Of a DNA stretch of 64,000 nt, positions 38,858-48,198 are shown piece by piece (the first letter of the stretch is position 1; each line of letters starts with the position of its first letter). The position numbers were made by a program, and so were the translations under genes. Source of the stretch: a virus. The notes beneath the pieces are model-generated. The model worked only from the letters and a program-made list of their open reading frames with translations. It did no database searches and was not told the origin of the DNA. The stretch is taken from the IMG/VR virus record IMGVR_UViG_3300009068_004979. One strand, given 5' to 3'.

Positions 38858-40396
38858 ATGGCAAAACAAATCCGTCCTACACAGGCATACATTGATGAGT
38901 CTCGCGCTCGTGTGTTGCTTGAGAAGTGGGGTCCAGTATTGGACTACTCTTCCAACAACGTAAGAGCAATCGAAGACGATCACACACGTCTCAATACCGC
39001 CATTCTCTTGGAAAACCAGGAAAAGTGGTGCTTTGAGGCTAACAACGCTTCCGGTGGTACTGCAGGCGGCCTACCTTATGGTCAGGCTGGCTCAGGCGTA
39101 TTCGGTGGTGAAACAGGTGGCGCCGGTTCATTCGGCAACCAGTTCCCATCACAGAATGATAACGCATACGCCGCAGGCGATGCTCGTCTTCCGAAGATTC
39201 TCATCCCAATGATCAGACGTACGTTCCCTGAGTTGATCACTAACGAAATCGTTGGTGTTCAGCCCATGAGCGGCCCTGTCGGACTTGCTTTCGCACTTCG
39301 TTACAAGTATGAGCCTACCAACTTAGGTTATCAGTCTGGTTCGTTGGACGCAAGTTCATCATCCCAGTACTACAACAACCTAAGAGGTCTCTCTGCTAAC
39401 CCTGAATTGGGTTACCAGTACCTCGACACAAGATTCACTGGTGCTTCGTCATCAGCCTTGTCCGGGGCCACAGGTTTCTTCCAGATGCTCGATCAAGATC
39501 GTGGCGTTGCTCAGTTGCTCAGCCAGTTTGAGTTAACAAGCAATATCCCACAGATTGTGGTTAGCTTTGAGAAGACTGCAGTTGAAGCTGGTACACGTAG
39601 ACTCGCAGCTCGTTGGTCAGTTGAACTCGAGCAGGACTTGAAGAACATGAACGGTATTGATATCGACACTGAGCTCACAAACGCTATGTCTTATGAGCTA
39701 CAGGCCGAAATCGATCGTGAAATGATCATCAGAATGATTCAGACAGCACTCAACGCCGGTTACGGCCAAGGGTTCTCAGTCTGGTCACCTGCTTCAGCAG
39801 ACGGCCGTTGGCTCGTCGAGCGCAATCGTGACTTCTACCAGAGACTCATCGTTGAGGCTAACCGTATCGCTGTACGTAACCGCCGTGGTTCAGCTAATTT
39901 CGTTGTTGCAACACCTCGTGTGTGCGCAATCCTCGAAATGCTACCTGAATTCCAGTGGGCACCAGTACAGGGTAATGTTAATACTCAGCCAGTCGGAGTT
40001 GCAAAAGTGGGTTCCCTCGCAGGTCGCTTCAACGTGTATCGTGATACACGCACAGAGGCACAGTTCGAAGCAAATGCTGGCGGTAATTTCGGTGGCTCGG
40101 GTCCATTCCCAGCCAACGGTGTTACAGTCGCAAATACTCGTACAACACGTCTTGAATATGCTCTCCTTGGCTACAAGGGTCCGGAATTCTACGACACTGG
40201 TATCATCTATTGTCCGTACATTCCAGTCATGGTGCAGAGAACAATTGGTCCAAATGACTTCGCTCCACGCGTTGGTCTATTGACCCGCTATGGTGTTGTT
40301 GACAACATCTTTGGCGCTAATCTCTACTACCACGTCATCATCCTTCAGGGTCTTGGCACAGCATTCCTACCTGGTCAGCAAGCCGTTTACTTCTAA
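38858..40396 (+). CDS. gp23: Major capsid protein
   Basis: LLEKW.PVL, LLENQE, VGVQPMSGPVGLAFALR, ELEQDLK, YCPYIP, RYG. Confidence 0.97.
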   Translation: MAKQIRPTQAYIDESRARVLLEKWGPVLDYSSNNVRAIEDDHTRLNTAILLENQEKWCFEANNASGGTAGGLPYGQAGSGVFGGETGGAGSFGNQFPSQNDNAYAAGDARLPKILIPMIRRTFPELITNEIVGVQPMSGPVGLAFALRYKYEPTNLGYQSGSLDASSSSQYYNNLRGLSANPELGYQYLDTRFTGASSSALSGATGFFQMLDQDRGVAQLLSQFELTSNIPQIVVSFEKTAVEAGTRRLAARWSVELEQDLKNMNGIDIDTELTNAMSYELQAEIDREMIIRMIQTALNAGYGQGFSVWSPASADGRWLVERNRDFYQRLIVEANRIAVRNRRGSANFVVATPRVCAILEMLPEFQWAPVQGNVNTQPVGVAKVGSLAGRFNVYRDTRTEAQFEANAGGNFGGSGPFPANGVTVANTRTTRLEYALLGYKGPEFYDTGIIYCPYIPVMVQRTIGPNDFAPRVGLLTRYGVVDNIFGANLYYHVIILQGLGTAFLPGQQAVYF

Positions 40397-40472
40397 ACAA
40401 AGTACTCACTTCTGTCCTGATAGGCAGGGGATCAAAAGAAAATATTTTCACCTGGTCAGTCCCAGGAAATTT

Positions 40473-40505
40473 AAAAAAGGGCCTCTTGCGGGGCCCTTTT
40501 TTTTT
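40473..40505 (+). terminator. Intrinsic (possibly bidirectional) terminator after gp23
   Basis: AAAAAA-GGGCCTC-ttgc-GGGGCCC-TTTTTTTTT. Confidence 0.9.
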
Positions 40506-40559
40506 GGAAAAATAGTTGTATACTTGAAAAAAGTGCAAAATCTAGAATAAATACTTTAT

Positions 40560-41093
40560 ATGGCAACAACAGTTACAGCTCCATTTTCTACTAATGCAAC
40601 CAATACTGCTACATTCAATAGTGCAGTCTCTTCATTTACAGCTTATATTCCAGCCTCCGGCTTGATTGACAGCAACTTCCCAACAGGTGTTCTATCCGGT
40701 AGCAACACAGTGTATAGTGGATCTCTTTCATTTGTACTCACAGCCATAGCTGGCAATACCATTGCTGGTGGCGATTCATCCATTCTTTTGACAGTATCTG
40801 CTGCTCCTGGTAATAACCTTTTCTACGGCTTTGTAAAAAGTAGCTCTTATGTGCCTGCAACAAGAATAGCCACATTTGCTATTGGATTTTATGGATCAGA
40901 CTATATTTCAACAACCATCAATCTTTCAGCCAACGGCGTTTCCAATGTGGTTGTTGCAGATCCAACATTGTCTTCACCATTTGATATAGCATTCCAGTAC
41001 GTACCAGGTTTGGATAACGATGTACTCGGTGGCAATGTTTCCTACATTCACACAGTATCAGACTTCCTCAGAAGACTGAATCTTAACGGCTAA
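40560..41093 (+). CDS. Putative capsid decoration/structural protein
   Basis: Ser/Thr/Asn-rich, beta-type composition; own late promoter; directly after gp23. Confidence 0.55.
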   Translation: MATTVTAPFSTNATNTATFNSAVSSFTAYIPASGLIDSNFPTGVLSGSNTVYSGSLSFVLTAIAGNTIAGGDSSILLTVSAAPGNNLFYGFVKSSSYVPATRIATFAIGFYGSDYISTTINLSANGVSNVVVADPTLSSPFDIAFQYVPGLDNDVLGGNVSYIHTVSDFLRRLNLNG

Positions 41094-42008
41094 TTACTGC
41101 CGCGGTGTTTTAACAAAATACTTGTACTGATCCACTAGCACTTTATCAAGTAATTCTGCTTTGTTTGCTCTGGTAGGATTAATATCAATGCCACCTCTGC
41201 GCACATACAAGCAAGACACTACAAGTTCTTCTGGTTCAAATCTATCATAGATTCTTTTGTAGATGGTCTCGCAAATCTCTTCATGAAAATGACACTCGTC
41301 CCTGAATGATACAACATACTTTAACACCGATGTTACATTGAACAGATGCTTGCCTTTGTAGTGAATGTACACATCACCCCAATCTGGCTGTGATGTTACT
41401 CTGCAATTGCTCTTCAATAAAGCAGAATGAAATCTCTGAGTCTTAGATTCAGTTAATAATTCTGCGCTCAACAAATTAGGATTCTCCTTGTAATCTGCAG
41501 TCTCAATAGTTGTAACATCAATAAGATTCTCCAGAGTAGGATAAGAGCCATTACTAAAGATAGGCGGATAGTAAACACTATCATCAACTGCAGCGGTCAA
41601 ACGAACATAGACCCGAACTTCTGTTTCTAATAGGTCGGATAGATCATTACGAATTTTTGCTTCAAGCTGTTGCAGCACGTTAATTATTGTGCCATCAAAC
41701 ACTTCCATGTTAAAGGAATTCATGTACAGTTTGATGGACTTGGATTCCACAATGTATTTGTTATTAGCAGGATACACAATCTTTGCCACAGCTGCAATGG
41801 GCATGCCATATTCTGTTAAGCATGAAACTTCATATGCATTCCAAATATCATAACCGGCAAAGGGAGGTGCATCATCACTGATATTCAAGTGTTTTCTGTT
41901 GTTAGCCCGGGGCTCTCTAACGAGCAGAGATGGATCATAGGTACACTTGTATCCTGTTATTTTGCCCAGATGCTTTGATATGTTACTGTTATCTAATTCC
42001 GTGTTCAT
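41094..42008 (-). CDS. queF: NADPH-dependent 7-cyano-7-deazaguanine reductase (bimodular)
   Basis: YDPSLL, DIWNAYEVS, VESKSIKLY, KSNCRVTSQPDWG, FHEEIC, RRGGIDINP. Confidence 0.95.
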   Translation of the reverse strand: MNTELDNSNISKHLGKITGYKCTYDPSLLVREPRANNRKHLNISDDAPPFAGYDIWNAYEVSCLTEYGMPIAAVAKIVYPANNKYIVESKSIKLYMNSFNMEVFDGTIINVLQQLEAKIRNDLSDLLETEVRVYVRLTAAVDDSVYYPPIFSNGSYPTLENLIDVTTIETADYKENPNLLSAELLTESKTQRFHSALLKSNCRVTSQPDWGDVYIHYKGKHLFNVTSVLKYVVSFRDECHFHEEICETIYKRIYDRFEPEELVVSCLYVRRGGIDINPTRANKAELLDKVLVDQYKYFVKTPRQ

Positions 42009-42567
42009 TAAGTTTTATTTTAATTGCTTCCATTCGATCTTCCACTGTTCCCTTTAAGATAGTTACTTTTCCCTTTAGTCTTTCATCTGACAACCAGAAA
42101 TTTTCATATAGATCAATAATTGCATCTCTAAATTCTTTATTAACACTTCTCTCACCATCATCTACTAACGGAACATCATGAGGACTTGGATAGAAGATAT
42201 GATCATACCTATGAATATGATTCACATAGTACATCAATCCCAAACTATTAGACACAGGAAAATCATTCAACTTCCCTCTAGCAAAATAAGTTGTAAACAC
42301 CATGCCATCCATCAAGCAACGATCATGCAGTATGCCTTGAAATCCAAACCCTTTGTAATTATAGAATAAATTCTCAAACTCCTTATTAAGAATCAAAGTT
42401 TGAGTTACATCATTTGCACCAGTTTCATTTATATCAACCCCATACTCGCGTTTAATCAGTCTAGTAACTTCATCAATGTAGCAAAGCTTAGAACCATAGT
42501 ACTCCTTACACTTCTTTAAAAGAGTAGTCTTACCCGAACACTGCGGACCTGTAAAAGTAAAAATCAT
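41989..42567 (-). CDS. P-loop nucleotide kinase-like protein (AAA_28)
   Basis: FTGPQCSGKTT, HDRCLMD, DDGER; ATGA overlap at 42564-42567. Confidence 0.75.
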   Translation of the reverse strand: MIFTFTGPQCSGKTTLLKKCKEYYGSKLCYIDEVTRLIKREYGVDINETGANDVTQTLILNKEFENLFYNYKGFGFQGILHDRCLMDGMVFTTYFARGKLNDFPVSNSLGLMYYVNHIHRYDHIFYPSPHDVPLVDDGERSVNKEFRDAIIDLYENFWLSDERLKGKVTILKGTVEDRMEAIKIKLNEHGIR

Positions 42568-42911
42568 TTGCCCCACTTACCATTATATACTATTTCTGCT
42601 ATAATGCCATACACTGCTGAGTCTCTAAATGCATCCATGACAGGCTCATTAGCCGAATTCATGGCTTTCTTTTTTAAGACCAAATTAATTAGGCGTTGAA
42701 TTTTATCATTGAGGCGCACCACAATGGCAGAAACTGCTGCAAATTTATCCTCTTGTTTTACCAGATCAGAACCCAAAGAAATATTTCCTGGACCATAGTC
42801 AAACTGTTTCTTGCAAAATGTTTCGTATAATTCAGCTTGTATTTTTTGAAACTCTTTGCATGTTTCTGGAAAATTTTTCTCAACGTATTTGACAATATCT
42901 TCTTTGTTCAT
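42564..42911 (-). CDS. DUF1599 / nucleotide-modification-associated domain protein
   Basis: F.KKQ.DYG, R..DK..RL, E...D...D...YGII. Confidence 0.75.
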   Translation of the reverse strand: MNKEDIVKYVEKNFPETCKEFQKIQAELYETFCKKQFDYGPGNISLGSDLVKQEDKFAAVSAIVVRLNDKIQRLINLVLKKKAMNSANEPVMDAFRDSAVYGIIAEIVYNGKWGK

Positions 42912-43867
42912 AATCTTACCCCGTACGGTACTTTACTTAAATTTAACGCGCCCAGATTGCAACCACCAGCATAACTTATTGCACTCTGCAAGTCCTGCTT
43001 TATCTCTTCCATTTTTTCGAGATATGTGAATGTATCTGTTTCCATGAGCTTCATTGTACCTTCAATATTTTTCTTTTCAATCTTATTATGCTGACTTGCA
43101 GAACCAAAGTATTGTTTATACCGCCTGCCACTTGCATCCTTAACAAGTGGTGCCGGGCTATCCGAACAAGCAGCAAATATGGACCCACACATGACCATGC
43201 TTGCACCTGCTACAAGAGCTTTAGCGATATCACCGTTGCAGCGCACTCCGCCGTCTGCAATAATGGGAATATTTCTATCCTTGGCGCATTCTATTATGCA
43301 GCTAAACATAGGATAGGTGAACCCTGTCTTGTCTTTTGTAGTGCATGCATACCCACCACCAATGCCGGCTTTTACAACATCAGCCCCAACATTATGTAAA
43401 TATTCTACACCTTGAAAAGTTGCAACATTGCCTGCAATAATCTTTGCATTGGGAATCACTTGCTTGATATGTTTAATTTGATCTGCTACTTTTGAATGAT
43501 GGCCATGAGCAACATCTATGGTTATAAAATCGACTCTCATCATGCTCTGCGCAATGGATGTTAATATGTTCTTATCTTTCTGCTGTATCCCTACACTTAT
43601 AGAGATAGTATGAAACTCTTGAAGATTAGCATAGCGGACAAAGTTGTTTATATCTTCATCAAACCTATGCATGATATAAAAATAGCCATGCTTATCTAAA
43701 AGCATGCATGTGTCTGTATCTACACAACACTTCATATTTGCAGGCACAACTGGTAGCTTAAATGTACGAGATCCAAACATTATATCTGTATCAATCTCTG
43801 CTCTGGATTGTACTGAATTAAAATTAGGCTTGAGAAAAACGTTTTCGTAGTGTAGAGATAAATCCAT
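42908..43867 (-). CDS. guaC: GMP reductase
   Basis: PVVPANM, IMHRF, DVAHGH, AGNVAT, GIGGGYACTT, IIADGG, FGSAS, SAISYAGG; no CBS insert. Confidence 0.9.
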   Translation of the reverse strand: MDLSLHYENVFLKPNFNSVQSRAEIDTDIMFGSRTFKLPVVPANMKCCVDTDTCMLLDKHGYFYIMHRFDEDINNFVRYANLQEFHTISISVGIQQKDKNILTSIAQSMMRVDFITIDVAHGHHSKVADQIKHIKQVIPNAKIIAGNVATFQGVEYLHNVGADVVKAGIGGGYACTTKDKTGFTYPMFSCIIECAKDRNIPIIADGGVRCNGDIAKALVAGASMVMCGSIFAACSDSPAPLVKDASGRRYKQYFGSASQHNKIEKKNIEGTMKLMETDTFTYLEKMEEIKQDLQSAISYAGGCNLGALNLSKVPYGVRL

Positions 43868-43868
43868 A

Positions 43869-44438
43869 TTAGCGTTCTAAGATTTTATATGCTGTGAAAA
43901 AGCTTTTCCAGAGATCAAGTGCTGTGTCTCGCAATGCACCGTAAACACCACCTAACGACATTCCCTCAATGCCTGTGCCCTGGCTCATTAATATTTCTCC
44001 TTCATCTACCCCAGGTGTTACTCTGTGTATAACACAGCCTGCTAATTTATACCCCTCAGCAAAAGCTCTTTCTTGTGGATTGAATCCCTTTAAAGAAGGA
44101 TATTTATCTATCAATCCAGGATGCAAATTATATATTTCATATTTTTCACAAATCTCTTTGGGAATAATTCTTAAAAACCCATGCAATGTAATAACAGGGT
44201 TCTCAAAACAATTCAATACGCCTTCATAGTCACTCACAGTTGGTTTCTGCGGCAACTGAATCCAAATATTTTCATTTAGTTTCTGTGATCTAAATTCTGT
44301 TACTACTTTTAATCTAATATTAGTATTCTTATGATTCTGTTTGTTTGTTGCAATACAATCTGGGTATATGCCAAGTGCATTACTAAGATCATATATCTCA
44401 GTACCAGTTTGCGAAAAAAATGTTACCCAAGGTCTCAT
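43869..44438 (-). CDS. PurN-like formyltransferase (DpdN-like, putative preQ1 formyltransferase)
   Basis: FFSQTG, LHGFLRII, YNLHPG, GCVIHRVTPGVDEG. Confidence 0.82.
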   Translation of the reverse strand: MRPWVTFFSQTGTEIYDLSNALGIYPDCIATNKQNHKNTNIRLKVVTEFRSQKLNENIWIQLPQKPTVSDYEGVLNCFENPVITLHGFLRIIPKEICEKYEIYNLHPGLIDKYPSLKGFNPQERAFAEGYKLAGCVIHRVTPGVDEGEILMSQGTGIEGMSLGGVYGALRDTALDLWKSFFTAYKILER

Positions 44439-45247
44439 CTGCGAACAATCTTCTTAAACATTGCAGTGTTATACTTTACAAGTTCAAGTTGATCATCTGT
44501 AAAATTGTGTGTAATGAGGTCAGCTAATTTAGTTGATGGTTTATTATCTAAACCATAATCAGCATCATACTTCAATCCATGTATAGCAGCAACAACGGGA
44601 TTGCTGGTATCACAACTAACAATATTGTTAATATCTCTATCCACATAATATCTAAACTCCTTAGCTAAAGAGCAACCAAGCAGATGATGCGGCTTGCTCC
44701 AATTCCATACACCTGTATTTATGAGATCAGCAATGAAGCGCTGACGGCCAGTGCACCACTTCTCAAGATGTGTCATACCTTCACCAGTAGTTAGGTAATA
44801 ACTAAAATCAAAACTTATGGCAATCATGTCAGCATTATCTGCCATAAATTTGTAGCATTCTTTTAACTCATGCCAAGTTTTACCCTGCACAGCGCCTATG
44901 GCTTTTGTAAGAAAACTATCCTTAATATTGAGTGTGTAATTCGCAAAAGCTTTGAAGCTTTGCATTGTGCCTTGAGCATCTTCCAGCACATCTGGCACAA
45001 TAAACATGTTTGGCTTGATCTCTTTAGCCTTTACCCAGAACTCGCGACTATCAAAAGCTTTACCCAATTCAAAAATAGAATTATCAAGCAGCACTTCTCT
45101 ATTGTAAATATGTCTAGCTGATTTAAAAAAGTCATTATATGCAGGATATTGATCCAAGAGATGCACAAGACAGTAGTCAAAATCATTATAATCCCTTGAG
45201 AGATCAAGTATAGATACAGGAGATTCGTGAGATACTTTCATTAGCAT
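44435..45247 (-). CDS. TGT/DpdA-like guanine transglycosylase (DpdA3-like)
   Basis: LLDNSIFELG, VPDV, GAVQG, HHLLG, SCDTS (TGT-type D, QG, HLLG, D motifs); leads the queF operon. Confidence 0.7.
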   Translation of the reverse strand: MLMKVSHESPVSILDLSRDYNDFDYCLVHLLDQYPAYNDFFKSARHIYNREVLLDNSIFELGKAFDSREFWVKAKEIKPNMFIVPDVLEDAQGTMQSFKAFANYTLNIKDSFLTKAIGAVQGKTWHELKECYKFMADNADMIAISFDFSYYLTTGEGMTHLEKWCTGRQRFIADLINTGVWNWSKPHHLLGCSLAKEFRYYVDRDINNIVSCDTSNPVVAAIHGLKYDADYGLDNKPSTKLADLITHNFTDDQLELVKYNTAMFKKIVRR

Positions 45248-45253
45248 AATAAC

Positions 45254-45281
45254 ATTATACAAGTAAATAATAATATATCAA
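45254..45281 (-). promoter_or_regulatory. Sigma70-like promoter of the deazaguanine operon
   Basis: TTGATA-N16-TATAAT-N6-ATG(45247). Confidence 0.7.
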
Positions 45282-45283
45282 CA

Positions 45284-48001
45284 ATGAATTATCCACAATA
45301 TTACGGTAATTACCTGGGCATAGTTGTACAGAATAACGATCCGCTTAAGCGCGGCCGTGTTAAAGTTTTTGTACCACATATTTCACCGACTGTATACAAA
45401 AATTGGACAGAAATTAAAAGGGACAAGAAATTTAAATTCGTTGGTGTTAACACATACAGTGATTTAACAGATGTTGTAGAAGATTTAAAAAGGATTTTAC
45501 CTTGGGCTGAATGTGCTGCTCCTCTAGCAGGTCAATCAAGTAGTGGTCGGTATAATGTGTATCAAAATACCGGTTCCATAAGCAGCAGCAACAAGTTACC
45601 CACAACAGTATCTAATCTTTCATCATGCGAAATAACGCCAGAAATTTTAACCAAATATACTCAAAATCGTGATGCAATCGGTGAGAAGCCAGGCAACATG
45701 TATGATGCAAATTACTTCCGACTTAATGATGCATTCAGTGATCCCACGCAAACCAATGTTAATAATGTTAATAAATTGAGTTATGCATATACACCTGAAT
45801 GCTATAGTAACAGTGCTAATGGTGCTTTTGCTATCCCCAATGTAGGGTCTCATTTGTGGGTATTTTTTAACGCCGGTGATCCATTAAGACCAGTTTATTT
45901 TGCTTCTTCATTTGGTGTTGAGGATTGGAGAAGTATTTTTGATGCTGGTAGTGCTCGCTCAACAGATTTTTCTATTGTAACAGGAGCTAGTCAGGGCATG
46001 GATTACCCGGGTGAATATGAAAACAAAAGACTTGCTGCAAACGAAGAATATAATATCAATACAGAAAATTATCGCAACAAATATGTTATCAACCAGAAAG
46101 GCGGCACATTACAATTTGTAAATTCTGATAATCGAGAGATGTTAAAGCTAACTCACTTCTCCGGTTCATTCAAGGAATTTAATAATTATGCAAATATTGA
46201 GCTTGCTACTGCTAATGATCAAAAATTAGTAATGGGAGATCAATTCCTAACGGTGCGCGGTGATAGAAATGAATATACTGAAAAAGATCATGACTTCCTA
46301 GTCAAAGGAGATTATTTTAGAAAAATTGGCAATTTGAACGCTGACCTAGCCAAACAATGGAAGGGGATTGTCAGTGAAATTGCAGACTTGAAACAGCTGT
46401 TTGATATTCAACGCACTAATGGAACAAGTACAGGTGTTCCAAAACTTTCTTCAAAATTACAGAAAAAATTAGGCAGAGCTGCACCTTGTCCAGTATGCTC
46501 TGATCCTTTCAATACATATTTTTATTATAATAATTCTTACCTGCCTGTAGGGTTTACTAATCAAGTAAACGGAACATTAGCTGACAGTGGTGGTGATTAC
46601 TTGTACTCCATGTCCATTGTAAATGGTGTTTCACTACCTAGTGTTAGATACCCCGGTCTTCTGGGCACAGTAAACTATACCAGCCCCAATACAGTGCTAG
46701 GTGGTGCCGTTGATTTTTCTGTGTGGCCATCAGGCAACGGTCGTATCTTTGGCGCCAAATGCCCATGCTGCAATGGTACAACTCTGAGCCCTTCATCCTA
46801 TGCAGGAGATTGGGTAGCCGATAGTAGAAAGTCTCAAATAACAGCTAAGATTAATAATCAAATTGCCACATTAGCTGAAATAGAGAAGAAAATGGGTCTG
46901 GGTGGTAATGAAATTGTAGAAATTACCAAACACAAAATTGAAACAATTGGAACAGTTATGAATGATTTCGGATCAATTAGAGTTGATCCACAAGGAAAAA
47001 TCTTCATAACAGATGTGCAGATAGCACCATATGGAGTATTCTATAACCGCCAGCCATCGCCACTCATTGAATATGTGCACGTGGATGACTTACCTGGTGG
47101 TAATTACACACTTAATGTATGTAATCGTTACAATGTGCAAGTGGGTTCTGGTGGTATCAATTTAAAAACATATGGACCCCTTAACATAGCAGGTGCCATT
47201 ACTAATGTAGCTGGTGAACAGGTCAATATTGCCAGTGAAAATGAAGTAAACATAGATGGTGGCAGAAGATTGTCACTCATTGCTGATATCATTAGCATCA
47301 GACAGAGAAACAGAAAGCAGGTTGTAATTGAAGGCAATCTTGGCATTACTGCTAATGCTACTGTAGCAGGCTCCATGCATGTGGAAGGTGAAATCTTTAC
47401 TAACCATGTAACCGCACCAGTGGAAATACAAGCTACAGAGCAGTCCACTGTGTATGGTGCTGCCGCAACAGACTTCAATAATAACAATGGCAAGATCATT
47501 GGCTTTGGTGTGCCCATGTCAAAATTGGCTCTTAAGGGTAGACTGGGCAAGTTCTACACACCCAATCAAGTGGGTACTGCATACATTGGTAAGACTGACA
47601 GCACTGTGTTTATTGGTAAAACAGATACTGCACAAATTGTTGGATACCTAAAACCTGCAGATGTTAGCGCCATGATAAAAGACGGCGATGGAGATCCATG
47701 CAGCGCTACCGGTAATGTACCAATTTATGGTAGCAATATTAACTGTGTCAAAGGTACTGATATTAATGGTGTGTATGGTTCCAATGAAGGTGGCACAGGT
47801 GCAACAGCTGAATCAATGCCCATCATTGTGTATGGCACTGGGCGCGATGATGACAGTGTCAAGATGGATCCACACAGTCACTTATTTAAAAACTTACCAC
47901 TCACACTATATGAGACAAATAGTGAAGTAAGAAAAGCTGCAAGTACCATTAACGACGGTGCTCAGGTCTGTTGCAATCCGGTTACAAATAATCAGAAATA
48001 A
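45284..48001 (+). CDS. gp5: gp5/VgrG-like baseplate hub and spike protein
   Basis: YLGIVVQNNDPLKRGRVKV, LPWA, IPNVG..WVFF..GD...PVYF OB fold; HSH near the C-terminus. Confidence 0.75.
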   Translation: MNYPQYYGNYLGIVVQNNDPLKRGRVKVFVPHISPTVYKNWTEIKRDKKFKFVGVNTYSDLTDVVEDLKRILPWAECAAPLAGQSSSGRYNVYQNTGSISSSNKLPTTVSNLSSCEITPEILTKYTQNRDAIGEKPGNMYDANYFRLNDAFSDPTQTNVNNVNKLSYAYTPECYSNSANGAFAIPNVGSHLWVFFNAGDPLRPVYFASSFGVEDWRSIFDAGSARSTDFSIVTGASQGMDYPGEYENKRLAANEEYNINTENYRNKYVINQKGGTLQFVNSDNREMLKLTHFSGSFKEFNNYANIELATANDQKLVMGDQFLTVRGDRNEYTEKDHDFLVKGDYFRKIGNLNADLAKQWKGIVSEIADLKQLFDIQRTNGTSTGVPKLSSKLQKKLGRAAPCPVCSDPFNTYFYYNNSYLPVGFTNQVNGTLADSGGDYLYSMSIVNGVSLPSVRYPGLLGTVNYTSPNTVLGGAVDFSVWPSGNGRIFGAKCPCCNGTTLSPSSYAGDWVADSRKSQITAKINNQIATLAEIEKKMGLGGNEIVEITKHKIETIGTVMNDFGSIRVDPQGKIFITDVQIAPYGVFYNRQPSPLIEYVHVDDLPGGNYTLNVCNRYNVQVGSGGINLKTYGPLNIAGAITNVAGEQVNIASENEVNIDGGRRLSLIADIISIRQRNRKQVVIEGNLGITANATVAGSMHVEGEIFTNHVTAPVEIQATEQSTVYGAAATDFNNNNGKIIGFGVPMSKLALKGRLGKFYTPNQVGTAYIGKTDSTVFIGKTDTAQIVGYLKPADVSAMIKDGDGDPCSATGNVPIYGSNINCVKGTDINGVYGSNEGGTGATAESMPIIVYGTGRDDDSVKMDPHSHLFKNLPLTLYETNSEVRKAASTINDGAQVCCNPVTNNQK

Positions 48002-48003
48002 GC

Positions 48004-48198
48004 TTATCTAGTTTTACGCCAGTCAATGCGATGATGTATGCACCAATCTAGTAAGGCCACTTCAAAACCAACATCTTTGCCTTGCTTCTCTGAAAGACAC
48101 CATTTGTGTTTGAGTATTTCATCTCTTTCAGCTGTGAATTCCCTGTAAAGCGCTGTACTTTTTAACTGCATCTCTATCCCTGATAGTGTGCTGTGCAC
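48004..48198 (-). CDS. DUF4032-like small protein
   Basis: LYREF.AERDEILKHKW..SEK.GKDVGFE.AL.DW. Confidence 0.75.
   Translation of the reverse strand: MHSTLSGIEMQLKSTALYREFTAERDEILKHKWCLSEKQGKDVGFEVALLDWCIHHRIDWRKTR

Noticed and set aside
40410-40470. Hammerhead ribozyme (CTGAT...GAAA)
   Set aside because: The core reads CTGATAG rather than CTGANGA, and the stems do not fit the topology
40290-40550. Frameshift extension of gp23 via an overlapping 86-aa ORF
   Set aside because: No clear slippery site, the ORF runs through the terminator, and the product looks non-biological
43869-44438. De novo purine biosynthesis purN
   Set aside because: No other pur genes in the window; coupled to DpdA-like and queF genes
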